DNA of 64,000 bases, from contig JANHCV010000001.1 of assembly GCA_025594325.1 (NCBI GenBank), forward strand, positions 2,542,001 through 2,606,000, given 5' to 3'. The notes under the pieces were generated by a model, which did no database searches, was not told the origin of the DNA, and worked only from the letters and a program-made list of their open reading frames with translations. The translations under genes and the position numbers were made by a program. Source of the DNA: Blastocladiella emersonii ATCC 22665 (taxonomy: Eukaryota > Fungi > Blastocladiomycota). Below are positions 10,893 to 21,942 of this stretch, in pieces. Position 1 is the stretch's first letter; every line of letters starts with the position of its first letter.

Positions 10893-11809
10893 ATGCAGTC
10901 GATGATGATGATGATGACGCCGGACGGTTCCCCGAGCGACAAGGGCGACGGCGACAAGCCGGCGCCGCACACGCTCGCCTCGTGGTCGGTGGTCGACCCG
11001 GAACTCGACGTGCCCGTCGGCCGCGCGCCGCCCACGCCGCCGGCCGAGCTGACGCTGCAGCCCACCAGCGAGGCGGTCCCGCCGCACTCGTCGCCGGCGC
11101 TCCCGCCCGCGGCCCTGACGTCGTCGGCCTCGTTCACGAGCCTGGCGCGGCCCTCGGTTTCGCTCGCCCCGCGCCGGCCCTCGCTCACGTCAACGGGCCC
11201 GGGCATGCGGTCCAGCATGCTGCGGCCGTCGGGCGGCAGCACCACGTCGCTCAGCGCGTACAGCGACCCGTACGGCCCGTCGCTGCTGCCGCACTCGGCG
11301 GCCGCCGCCACGAGCCTCGCGGGCCGGTCGGCGTCGTCGCTGTCGCTCGGCGGCATGCTCGGGTCGGCCGCGACGAACCTGGGGCCGTCGGCCGTGGCGT
11401 CGCCGCCGCTCGCGCCCGGGCTCATGATGAAGTCGGCGTCGATGCTGCACCTGCCGTCGGCCGCGCAGCACCAGCTGTACGGCTCGCACTACCCGTCGCC
11501 GGCGCAGCACCAGGGGTATCCCGGCGGCACCGGCCGCGCCGCGCTCACGTCGTCGCTGTCGTCGTCGGCGCTCTCCGCGTCCCGCCACTCGTTCGACATG
11601 GCGGCCGCTGACCCGTACCGCCGCTCCGCCACTGGGGCGTACGACTACGCGGGCTCGTCCGACGTGGCGCTCGAGCGGTCGCTCAGCAGCCTCTCCCTGG
11701 TACGCTTCCTGCCGTGTTGCGCCACGACGCCTCGCAACCCCCTCTCTTCCGGCCACCCGCACTCCCGAGATGCGTGCAGGTGGCGCCTCCGCGGCCGCCG
11801 GTGATGTGA
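10893..11809 (+). CDS. Hypothetical Ser/Pro/Ala-rich low-complexity protein
   Basis: Probable join(10893..11699,11780..11809); intron GTACGC..TGCAG. GC3-rich frame with no recognisable domain. Start codon uncertain. Confidence 0.55.
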
Positions 11810-12057
11810 TCGGCTTGCGGGCCACTTTCACATGGGCGTCTCCCATGGGCGCGGAAGGAGACGCGCTTGTCCCCGCCGACTCGGCGCGTCGCGTAACTCA
11901 TCGCGCCTCGCCGCTGCCTATCCCTGGCCGGTGCTGCTGCCTTACCGCGGCCGCGGGTCTCTCTCTTCCTCTCCCTCCCATCATCACACTCCAACGTCGC
12001 TCACTTGCCCATCCGCTGATGCTAACCTCGCGCCCGCCCGCTCCTGCTCCTACCACC

Positions 12058-14028
12058 ATGGTCTCCGTCGTCTCCGCCTGGCCCGCTCGCTCGCTGCACC
12101 CGGCGCCGCCATCGCTGCTCGCCCTCCGCCCGCCATCGTCAACCTCGCTTTGGTCCACCAACTCGCAGAGCGGCCATTACCAGCAACAGCAGCAGGCCTT
12201 CAACGCCGCGCCCGCGGCCCCTGCCAGTAACCCCGAGCTCTCGGCCATTCTGTGGGACACGGACTCGCTGGTACGCCCATTTCCTCTCTCAAACCCCGCC
12301 AGTACAGATCCTCACCCGCTCCGTCGACAGAACGACTCGGTCGCCTTCGCCGGCACGGTGCTGACGGGCGCCGACCTGCTGGTGCGGCAGTACCACGGCG
12401 TGCTGGCGCTTTACCAGTCGACGCCCGCCGCCACCACGGTGCTGGCCGTGGCCACGCCCAACCCGGCCATCCTGCGCCAGTGCAACCTGGTCCTGCCCGC
12501 CGCCGCCGCCGTCATCGACGCCTCGGACGCGGCCCTCGTCACCGAGCTCCTGCGCCTCACCCTGCGCGGCGCCACCTGCATCACGGTCGTCTCCGACAAC
12601 CCGGCCCTGCACGCCCCGCTGCGCCACCTCGCCGACGCCGGGCATATCCGCGTCGCGTGGATCACGGCGCTCCCGCCTAACCTCGTCGCGGGGCTCGCCG
12701 GCGTCAGCGTCTCGCCCATGGAGGACCTCCTGTGGTCCGGCCTCCCGCGCACCGCCTCGGCTACGCACCTCGCTGCCCTCGGACACGGCCACGGCCATGG
12801 TCACCAGCACCAGCAGCACCACCACCTCAAGTCGTCGCTCTCGGCCACCAACCTGCACGCTGCCGCGGCCACCAATGCCGCGTACGGCCACCTGTACAAC
12901 CAGCAACAGCAGCAGCCGTCGGGCCCCTCGGTCGCGTCGCCGCTGCGCTACAACACGTCGGCGTCGCAGCTCGCCCCGCCGTCGCCGTCGCTCCACGCCC
13001 CGCCGCAGCAGCAGCAGTCGTACGCGCCGCTGCCCTCCGCCTCCGCCACCATCACCTCGAGCACCTCCCTCAACCCGGCGAAACGGCCGAAGCTGGTCCC
13101 GCTGGGCCCGCCGCCCGACGCCGAGTACATCAACCTGCGGCACGTGAGCTTCGGCCCGCTGTACCACGCGCTGCACCACGAGGCGATCCGCGACCGGCTC
13201 GGCCCGACCTACGCCCACGCCATTGACCTGAGCCTGCTCGGCGGCATCCTCAAGTCGACCATGGACCCGTTCGCCTCGCTCAAGCTGTACCTCCAGGCCG
13301 CCCAGGAGTGCGGCCTCCTCCGCCTCTACCACCAGGGGTCGCGGTGCCTCCTCCGCGTCGTCAACCCGCCCGCGCTCGCCGCCTGGGAGCGGTACTCGCC
13401 CGACTCGGTCCTCGTTTCGGGCGGTGGGGGTGGCGGGCTGAACCGGTCCGCGTCCGCCGTCAGCCTGACGGGTTCCGGCTCCGGCTCGGGGTCCGGCGGG
13501 AGCGCCAACGGCATCCCCTCCAGCGGCGACTACTCGACGCCGCCGGCGCCCATGCCGCCGCTGTCCAAGACGGACCTGGCCCCGTTCCTCGCGCTGCTGC
13601 ACGCCTTCTGCATGGCGCGCATGCGGTACCCGCCGCCGATCCGCACGCCCGCCATTGGCCCGCTGCTCAAGCCCATGTTCGCGCGCGGCGACCTCGCGCC
13701 GTGGCGCAAGCTGTCCGAGTACCTGGCCGACGCGGAGCGCCGCGGCGTCGTGCGGCTCACGCGGTTGGGCGTGAACGGCGACGTCGAGGTCGCGGTCCGC
13801 ACCGACGTGTGCAACGCCGCGTGGCCCGAGATTCGGAGTCGGTACGGCCCGTTCCGCGAGGTCGCGCCCGAGACGACGGGCGCGGTCGATGGTGAGGAGG
13901 AGTACTACGAGCAGGCCGAGCAGCAGCAGCAGGCGCAAGCGCAGCAGTCCACTTCGAGCGACGACGAGGACGACGACGACGCCTTCACGTTCACGGCGCG
14001 CCCGGCCACGTCGATGCGCAACCACTAG
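12058..14028 (+). CDS. NYN-like domain plus two LOTUS/OST-HTH-like domains (MARF1/limkain-b1-like architecture), degenerate
   Basis: join(12058..12270,12331..14028). NYN-like AILWDTDSL, IDASDAALVTELL and ITVVSDNPALHAPLRHL. Two winged-helix-like blocks: FGPLYHAL..FASLKLYLQAAQECGLLRL and LAPFLALL..WRKLSEYLADAERRGVVRL. Confidence 0.65.
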   Translation: MVSVVSAWPARSLHPAPPSLLALRPPSSTSLWSTNSQSGHYQQQQQAFNAAPAAPASNPELSAILWDTDSLVRPFPLSNPASTDPHPLRRQNDSVAFAGTVLTGADLLVRQYHGVLALYQSTPAATTVLAVATPNPAILRQCNLVLPAAAAVIDASDAALVTELLRLTLRGATCITVVSDNPALHAPLRHLADAGHIRVAWITALPPNLVAGLAGVSVSPMEDLLWSGLPRTASATHLAALGHGHGHGHQHQQHHHLKSSLSATNLHAAAATNAAYGHLYNQQQQQPSGPSVASPLRYNTSASQLAPPSPSLHAPPQQQQSYAPLPSASATITSSTSLNPAKRPKLVPLGPPPDAEYINLRHVSFGPLYHALHHEAIRDRLGPTYAHAIDLSLLGGILKSTMDPFASLKLYLQAAQECGLLRLYHQGSRCLLRVVNPPALAAWERYSPDSVLVSGGGGGGLNRSASAVSLTGSGSGSGSGGSANGIPSSGDYSTPPAPMPPLSKTDLAPFLALLHAFCMARMRYPPPIRTPAIGPLLKPMFARGDLAPWRKLSEYLADAERRGVVRLTRLGVNGDVEVAVRTDVCNAAWPEIRSRYGPFREVAPETTGAVDGEEEYYEQAEQQQQAQAQQSTSSDDEDDDDAFTFTARPATSMRNH

Positions 14029-14285
14029 ACGACTCTCGACTCGCGCATCTCTTCTTCGCCTTCATGTAATAGCCGTTCACGCTCGCGACGACGAGCGTAC
14101 CCCACCCACTCTTCCCCTTTTGTGTGTAACATCTCTGCACCGGCCCCGCCCGTCCGTGTTGGCGGAGGGGCCGAGCCTCTCTCCCTCTCGTATAATGTAT
14201 TAGTTCTCCTGTCACTCTCACAGACGCACGCGCAGAACTAGAAGAACACTTACTTTATACACGGGAGATAAGGGAGGAGAGCTAT

Positions 14286-15740
14286 TTAGACAGAGATGGT
14301 GGCGGCCTCACCGGCAACCTTCGCGATGGCGTCCGCGTACGGCGCGAGCTTAGCGTCGACGATCTTGGCGAACGCGTCGACCTGCTGGGGCGCGCGGCCG
14401 ACGAAGGTCGAAGGCTCGAGGAGCGAGTCGAGGTCGGGGTGGATGGGCGCAAAGTAAGCGTTAGCGCGGATGCGGTCGAGCAGGTCGTTGGGCTTGCCCT
14501 CGTTCTTGACGGCGGCCGCGGCCTGGTGCGAGAGCACGCGGATCTCCTCGTGGCACACCTGGCGGTCGCCACCGCGCTTGACCATGGCCATGATGATGTT
14601 CTCGGTGGCCATGAAGGGCAGCTCCGACTGGACGCGCGACTTGATCACGTTCGGGTACACGACGAGCCCCGCCGAGATGTTGAGCAGCAGCGACAGCACA
14701 ATGTCGGCGGTCAGGAACGCCTCGGGCAGGGCGATGCGGCGGTTGGCCGAGTCGTCGAGCGTGCGCTCGAGCCACTGCACCGCGGCCGTCTGGGTCCCGT
14801 TGCCCGCCAGCGTCATGAGGTGCCGCGACAGCGCGCACACGCGCTCGCTGCGCATCGGGTTGCGCTTGTACGCCATGGCCGACGACCCGATCTGGTCCGC
14901 CTCGAACGGCTCCTCGATCTCCTTGAGGTTGGCCAGCAGCCGCAGGTCCGTGGCCAGACGGTGCGCCGTCGCGCCAAACGACGCCAGCACGTGCAGAATG
15001 TCCGCGTCCACCTTGCGCGGGTACGTCTGGCCCGTGACCGCGTAGGTCGCGTCGAAGCCCGACAGCTCCGTGACGCGGCGGTCGAGGTCCTCGACCTTGG
15101 CGTGGTCGCCGTTGAACAGCGCCAGGAACGACGCCTGCGTGCCCGTGGTGCCCTTGACGCCGCGGAACGCCAGGTCGTCGCGCGCGCGCTGCAGGTTGCG
15201 CAGGTCCATGAGCAGGTCCTGGATCCACAGCGTGCACCGCTTGCCGACCGTCGTCAGCTGCGCGGGCTGGAAGTGCGTGAACCCGAGCGTCGGCAGGTCG
15301 CGGTACTTGATGGCGAAGTCCGTCAGCTGGCGCACCGTGCGCGCGAGCTTGGGCAGGAGGATGTCGAGCCCGTCGCGCAGCGCGATCAGGTCCGCGTTGT
15401 CCGTCACGTAGCACGACGTCGCGCCCAGGTGGATGATGGCCGCGGCCTTTGGCGCGGCCACGCCGAACGTGTGCACGTGCGCCATCACGTCGTGGCGACG
15501 GCGCTTCTCCTCGGCGGCGGCCATGGCAAAGTCGATGTTGTGCAGATTCGCCTCCATCTCCGCCAGCGCCTCCTCGGTCACCTCGGTCAGGCCGAGCTCG
15601 CGCTCGGCCTTGGCCAGGTTGAGCCACAGCTGGCGCCACGTCGAAAACTTCTTGTTGTCCGAGAAGTTGTACGCCATCTCCTTGCTCGCGTACCGCGACG
15701 TGAGCGGGGACTGGTAGCGGTCGCGCGCGAGGTCTAGCAT
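14286..15740 (-). CDS. ADE13: Adenylosuccinate lyase
   Basis: Intronless. [37 protein letters not shown] and the fumarate-lyase signature [15 protein letters not shown] are present. Start placed at the Met just before the conserved N-terminus. Confidence 0.97.
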   Translation of the reverse strand: MLDLARDRYQSPLTSRYASKEMAYNFSDNKKFSTWRQLWLNLAKAERELGLTEVTEEALAEMEANLHNIDFAMAAAEEKRRRHDVMAHVHTFGVAAPKAAAIIHLGATSCYVTDNADLIALRDGLDILLPKLARTVRQLTDFAIKYRDLPTLGFTHFQPAQLTTVGKRCTLWIQDLLMDLRNLQRARDDLAFRGVKGTTGTQASFLALFNGDHAKVEDLDRRVTELSGFDATYAVTGQTYPRKVDADILHVLASFGATAHRLATDLRLLANLKEIEEPFEADQIGSSAMAYKRNPMRSERVCALSRHLMTLAGNGTQTAAVQWLERTLDDSANRRIALPEAFLTADIVLSLLLNISAGLVVYPNVIKSRVQSELPFMATENIIMAMVKRGGDRQVCHEEIRVLSHQAAAAVKNEGKPNDLLDRIRANAYFAPIHPDLDSLLEPSTFVGRAPQQVDAFAKIVDAKLAPYADAIAKVAGEAATISV

Positions 15741-16192
15741 GGGTTGATCGATCAGCGCTCGTTCTCCGCGGCAGCGTTCGTTGCTCCATGGCATACCGGC
15801 AGACATGGTGATGATAGCGTGTTCCGTAGCAGGTCTGAGCGAGCGGGAGCAAGAGAAGGGGCGACGGCGGCCACGACGAGGACGCTTTTATCCTGAGGTC
15901 GGCAGCGACCGTGAGCGACGACGCGGAGGTCGCAGGACCGACTCGGGTGCGGCCCCGTCCCGTCCCGTTCCGACCCGCTCCCGCTTCGGGATATCGCGGA
16001 ACCCACGCTGTGGCTTGGCTCGGCTCGCGAGCCCTATCGCTCCCCGCTCGCCACACACGTGTTTTCGCGGCGCGTCTCTCACCCTGTCTCGCACGCGCGG
16101 GGCCGGAAGGAGGCTAAATGGATCGATACTATTTGGGGAGGGGGGGGGGGGGGGAGAGAGAGGGAGGTGGAAGAGAGGGAGGAGAGAGGAGA

Positions 16193-19100
16193 TCAGTTGT
16201 ACGCCGACCACTCCCCGCCGCCACCGCTTGTCGAGTCGCCGCCGCCCGGCTGCCCTGAACTCGACGGCCTCGACTGCGGCTGCGCGTGCGGCTGTGGTGG
16301 CGGCGGCGCGTAGTACTGCTGCTGATGCAGCAAGTGCGGATGCGGCGGCGGCGGGTGGTGGTGCCCGTAATACGCGGCCGCCGCGACGTGCGGGTCGACG
16401 AGCCCTTGTGGCGGCGGAGCGGGCGCCGAATGAAGCCTTGGCCGACCGGCGGGACCGCGACCCTGGCCCTGGCCCTGGACGTGCACCTGGACGTGGTGGT
16501 AGTGGTGATGGTGGTGCTCTTGCGGCGGCGGCGACGGGCCGAGGGATCCTTGCGACGCGTACAGCGGCGGCGGCGGGGGCGGCGGCGGCATGAGCTGCTC
16601 GGTCGACGGCGCGCGGTAGATATTATGCGTCGGCGCGGCGGTGTGATTCGGGAAGAGCGGCTGCTGCTGCGGGTAGTACGCAGACGCGTGGTGGTGATGC
16701 GCAGGCGCGGGTACGGGCGCGGCGGCGTGCGTATCCATCGTCGAGACCCGCCGCTCGCCGTACACGATGTGCGCCGGTGCAATCGCGTGGCCCTGCTCGG
16801 CCGCCGCGTTGGGCGGCGGCGGGACCGACACCGGGTGCGCCGTCGCGTGCGCGGCGTACTGCTGAGGCGGCGAGAACGGCTGCGCGCCTTGCGCGGGCGG
16901 GTACGTGAACTCTGGCGCCGGTGCTGACATGGGAGCGGGCGGCGCGCGGTACTGCTGAGGCGCTGAGGGCCGGCGCTGTTTGACGGGCACCGCCGCGACG
17001 GCCGCGGGCGTTGCAGCGGGCGGCGGCGCCTGCAGCTGCGTCAGGAGCATCGCGACGTCCACGTCGTTCATGTGCCCGCGGCCGTTGCTCGACGGCGCCG
17101 CCGGCGGGAGCCCGCTCGACGCGGAGCCGGACGCGGCGCGCGAGCGAGATGCCGCGGGGTACGGCTGGTGGAACTGAGGGCCGACGACGGGGCTCGGGGC
17201 GCTGCTGGAGTGCGCGGGCGGGTGCTGCTGTTGCTGCTGCGGGCGCGGCGGGGACAGCGACGGCGAGCGGCCGCCCGAGCTCTCCGAGTCGTTGAGCAGG
17301 AACGAAATGGACATCTTGGGCGGCATGGGCGGCGGCGGGGCGGCGCGCGCGAGATGGACGGGGGCGGTTGCCGCAGCTCCGAGCAGCGAGACCTGGGACG
17401 CGGGAACCGCAACGGGAGCATAATGAGCGGGATGCGCCGTGTGACCGTGCGCGAGCAGCGGCGTGGGCGCGACGGATGACACGGCGGCAGCGGAGGGGGC
17501 CTGGTAAGCGTACTGCTGCTGCGGCTGGTAGGCCTGGTAGTACGACTGCTGCTGCTGCATTTCCACGGTCGCGTCAGGTACAGGCCGAATCGGCCGCGGC
17601 GCCGCCGACGCGCGGCGACTAAGCACCGGACCCACCGCCGGCGACCCCGCAACGACCGCGGGCGACGCGACCTGCGGCGACGGTGCAGCCGACGTGGCCG
17701 TGGACCCCGTCCCGTTGGACGCGAGCGCGTTCGCCGCCGACGACGCGGCGCGCGCCGAAAGCGTGGCGGCTGCGGCGCTCGAGAGCGCCCTGGCGCGGCT
17801 GGCTCGCCGGCCCTTTTTCTCGACGGCGGGCTCGAGGAGCGGGCCCGGGACCGGCGTCGTGGGCTCGGACGACGCGGCGGAGCCGGGGACCGAGGGCAGC
17901 GCGTCGTCGTCCGTCTTTCGGCGTTTGCGCGGTGCCTTGGGCTTCGCGGTGGCGGTCGTGGTCGTGGTGGATGATAGCGGGGCTGCAGCGGCGGACGCGG
18001 CGAGCTTGCGCTTCGGTTTTACCGCGGTCATCACGGGTTCGAGGGCCGAGGCCGGGACGTCGAGGCCCACGCCGACGGCAGGTGCAGGTGCTGTCGCGAG
18101 CGTCGCCGAGGATGATGTCGGCACGGCTGGTGCTGGAGCTGCGGGCGGAGCGACTGCAGGTGGAGGAGGACTTTGTGCGGGTGCAGCCGGCGGCGGTGCA
18201 GGGGCGGGCTCGACCGTCGCCGACTCTACTGCTGCAGGAGCAGGAGCACCAGATACGGGTGATGGTCCAGCGACAGTCGACGCCGGAACGGCGAGCGCTG
18301 AGGTAGGCGAGCCGGATGCGGCGGGCGACACCGCGGACGGCGCATCGGCTGCCGGTGCGACGGAGGCGCGGGGCGACGGCGGCGGTGGCGTCCTCGACGT
18401 CGCGCGTACGACTGGCGCTGTCGCAGCTGGAGAGTTTGGTACCTCCGAAAGCAGCGGCGACGAGGTACGCGGCGGCGGATCCGACCAGAGCGGCGAGGAT
18501 GTGCGCGGTGGCGAAAACAGCGGCGACGACGTGCGCGGTGGCGAACCGGCTCGCCCCGCAGGAGCAGGGAGCGGGGCAGGCGATGGTGGGGCGACCACGA
18601 CGATAGCCGGTACTGGCGTCGCGGACACGTCGAGCGGTCTTGTTGGCGCGTCGCGCTTGGGCGAGACAGCAGCAGCAGCATCGACGGTCGCCGCCGCGAG
18701 CGGTACAGGCGCGGCCGTCGCATCGACCGGCGGTTTCACGCGGATCGCTGTAGCGTCCGGACTCGACGACCCAGCGGCTCCGCTATCCACCGCGAGCTCG
18801 GCCGGCGGCGGCGCTGCAGCATCGGGCACGCTCGGCGGATCCACGTCCATGGCCTCGTCAACGGCCAGATCCGCGTCGACCGTCGCCGGACCCGGCTCCG
18901 TCCCCGCCGTTGGCCCACGGTCGGGCGATCCAGCCCGCGATATTGGCACCCGCGGCGAGATCGGACCCGGCGGCGGGGGCAACGGCGGGAGCGGGGGGAG
19001 CGGAAGCGCTTTGCGCAGCGGCGACGGGGACCGCACAACAGAGACGGGCGCGACAGCGGGTCCGGGCGACCCGTCGAGGTCCATGGGCTCCGACCCGCCC

Positions 19101-21942
19101 TCGGACTCGAGCCCGGGCTCGTCGACCGGGGAGAAGACGCGCTGGGCGACGCGAGCCGAGGGCGGGGTCGCGGCGGCCGATGAGGGCTCGGCGGACGGCC
19201 TGGACTCTGCCGCGCCGAGGCGGGCGAGGCGAGGTGATGGGGCCGATGGCTCGAAGCGCGGCCGCGGCGGGAGCGAGTGGACGGTGGTGTCGGTTGCCGC
19301 TGCTGGAACGGTGCGGGTTTGACGAGGCGGCGAGCGCGAGGCAGGGACGCGTGACGGTGCTGCGAGCGATTCCGCGCGGGGAGGACGGTCGCGGGAGCGC
19401 GAACGCTCGCTCGCCGCGTCTGCCGGTGCGACGGGTGAAGGAGCTGCTGCTGGCTCGGCGCCGTCGACACGCACTGTGGACGCGGTGCGCGGGGATGCAG
19501 ACCGCGGAGGCGATGTCCTGCGAGGCGCGCGAGCCGAAACAGCGGTCGTGCTGGAATCAGACGCGCTCCACGGCTGCGACGGCGCAGTTCGCGGTCCAGC
19601 CGTCGCAAGATCGGACGTGACAAGCGGCGCGAGCGGGCCCGCCGGATCCGCAGCACTCGGGCGGCGGCGTTTGACGATGCCCGAGTGCCCAGCGTGAGAC
19701 GCTGGTGGGGCACTGGTCGAGTCAGCGGCGCGCGGCGGGAGCTGCTCGGCGCGCGGCGGGAGCTGCTCGGCGGGATCCTCGGTGAGCGTCGCGAGAAGCG
19801 AGCCCGAGGACGACCCGGCCGAGTCGGGCCGCCGCGCAAACGGTGGCCGAGCCGCGGGCGCGTCCGTGGGCGATGTACCCGCGCGGGTCGGCGAGTGGGT
19901 CATTTCGGACGACGCGACGAGGCCCGGCGAGCGCATCGGGGCGGTCAGCAGGAGATGGTTCGCCGAACCGTTCCCGCGAACCAACTCGTGCGACGGCAGC
20001 TGCCCGGGTGACACGAGCAGCGAGTGGGATGACGACCGGCGACGGATCCCTGACGCCGGCGGCGGCCCAGCACTCGGCTCGTGCGGCGGGAGGTGGTCGG
20101 GGAACGGCCCGCTGTGCGAGGTACGGCGCGCGGCGGGGAGGTGCCCTGCGCTAGCCGACGGGCTGAGCAGGTTATCGCTGGACGCGGACCGCGCGACCTG
20201 GTGGTTGTCCTTGGCCGCCTCCTTGCGGGCTTTCCACGCAGTCCGGATCGCGTCGCCGCGCGCGCGCAGCTCGGACTCGCGGATCCCGTTGATGAGGAGG
20301 TACCGGCCCGCCTGCACGGACGCGGCCGACGACGGCACGCTCGCGTCGTCGCGCCAGCGGACGAAGCGCCACCCGCCGCGTCGGGGCTCGCTGCCCGGCG
20401 CATCGCTGCTGCTGCCCGGCGCATCGCTGCTGCTGCTGCGGCCGACGAGCTGCGTGCGGTGCCGCTCGTCCCATGCAAACTCGCCGACGCGGTCCTGCGG
20501 CGGGTCGGCTTCCCACGCGGCGGCCAGGTCGTCGGGCGGAGAGATGTCGTCGATCTCGTGCAGCTGCGGGTCGGTGGGCGCCGAGTCCTGCGCGACGAGG
20601 GCGACGTAGCGCGGCACGCCCGTGCCGGCGGCGCGCCGCGTGCGGATGAGGAGCAGCGCGGTGTAGAGTTCTGGCGGTCGCCACTTGAGCCTACGTGAGC
20701 GAAATAGCGCGTTAGCTCGGGAGCGTGGCAAAGAAAGCGGGAACCACGTACACTTTGGAGCACGGGCCTGAGACGTAAGGTGCGTGGACGGGCGTGAAGA
20801 CGAGGCCGTTGCACGGGTACCGCAGGTGCGGGATAATGGTGTCGAGGACCTTGGCGAAGCCGTAGGAGCGCTCGACGCGGCCGAGGTCGAGGACGAACTG
20901 CGGGACGAGGCCGGGCGTCGACTGCAGCTGTCGCGCATGCGGTTTGATGACCTCGGCGTTCATAAAGCCGAGGCGGCGGTCGAGCGACTTGGTCGCAATG
21001 TCGGTCTTGCCGTGCAGCGCGAGGAGATCAGTGCACAGGAAGCGATGTCTGCCCTGTAGGAACGGCGGGCGGGCGGGTGGGCGGGTACGGAGGAGGTGGC
21101 GAGAAGGAGAGTCGAGTGGTGAGCGAGCGGGTACGGGTACGCCGTGGTGCGGACGAGGACATACCGACCGGCCCGGGACACGCTCGAGGACGAGCTCGCC
21201 GTCGATGAGCGTCTCGTGGTGCGGGTCGCCCTGCGGCGTCGGGAAGGACATTTCGATCTTGAAGACAGAGGCCCGCCGGTCGATCTGGAGGGAGGAAACG
21301 GGTTAGTTGGCAGTCGTCGGCGACGCGGCGAGCGAGAAGCCGTACCATGTACACGGCCTTGCTCGGTCGGTCGAAGAGGAGCAGGGCGCGCAGGCCGTTG
21401 GGCTTCTCGCGCACGTAGTAGTCGTCCTGCTCGAGCAGGCCAATGTTGTTGGCCTCGAGGGCGGCGGGGCGAGTGCCCATGAACCTAGAGAAGAGGGATC
21501 AAGGGTGAGTCGCGGATGACGTGCTCGAAACTGCGGGCGCGCGCGCGTACTCGTTGGGCGTCGCGTGGCCGGCCAACTGCCGCGCCGTGTTGAGCACCGT
21601 GGCGAGGAGCGGGCCGTGGACGCGCTCGCCGATGGGCGCGGGCGGCGCGGTCCTTGGCGAGAGGGCGTGGTGGGTGGAGCCGCTCGAGCCGGGGCCGTGT
21701 GCGTGGTGGTGGCCGTGGCCGTGGCCATGAGCGTGATGGGTCTGCGGCGGCGGCGGATGATAGAACGCATGATGGCCGTGGTGCGCAGAGCGCGATGGTG
21801 GGCCGTCGGTGGATCCGCTCGTGGGTCCCGCGCTGCTGCTCCAGCTGGCGCTCGCAGGCGGGTGGTGATCCGCGGCGGCGGACGGTGGTGGGCCCGGCGG
21901 TGGCGGTGGCGGAAGCCCGGGCGCAGGCGGTCCGGGTGCCAT
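16193..21942 (-). CDS. Divergent mRNA guanylyltransferase (Ceg1)-like protein with a long disordered C-terminal tail (1816 aa)
   Basis: Exons 21942-21551, 21484-21346, 21284-21165, 21053-20752 and 20690-16193 (5451 nt, frame intact), four canonical introns. Motifs in the correct order: YYVREKPNGLR (I), LIDGELV (III), FLCTDLL (IIIa), NGLVFTP (IV), LKWRP (V), WRFVRWRDD (OB-fold/VI). Confidence 0.85.

Noticed and set aside
16130-16190. G-run and GA-rich tract
   Set aside because: Simple-sequence tract just past a stop codon; no further structure.
17694-19322. 542-aa Gly/Ala/Ser-rich plus-strand ORF, and similar long ORFs opposite ADE13, DNM1, the coilin-like gene and others
   Set aside because: Antisense shadows of GC3-rich or low-complexity coding sequence.
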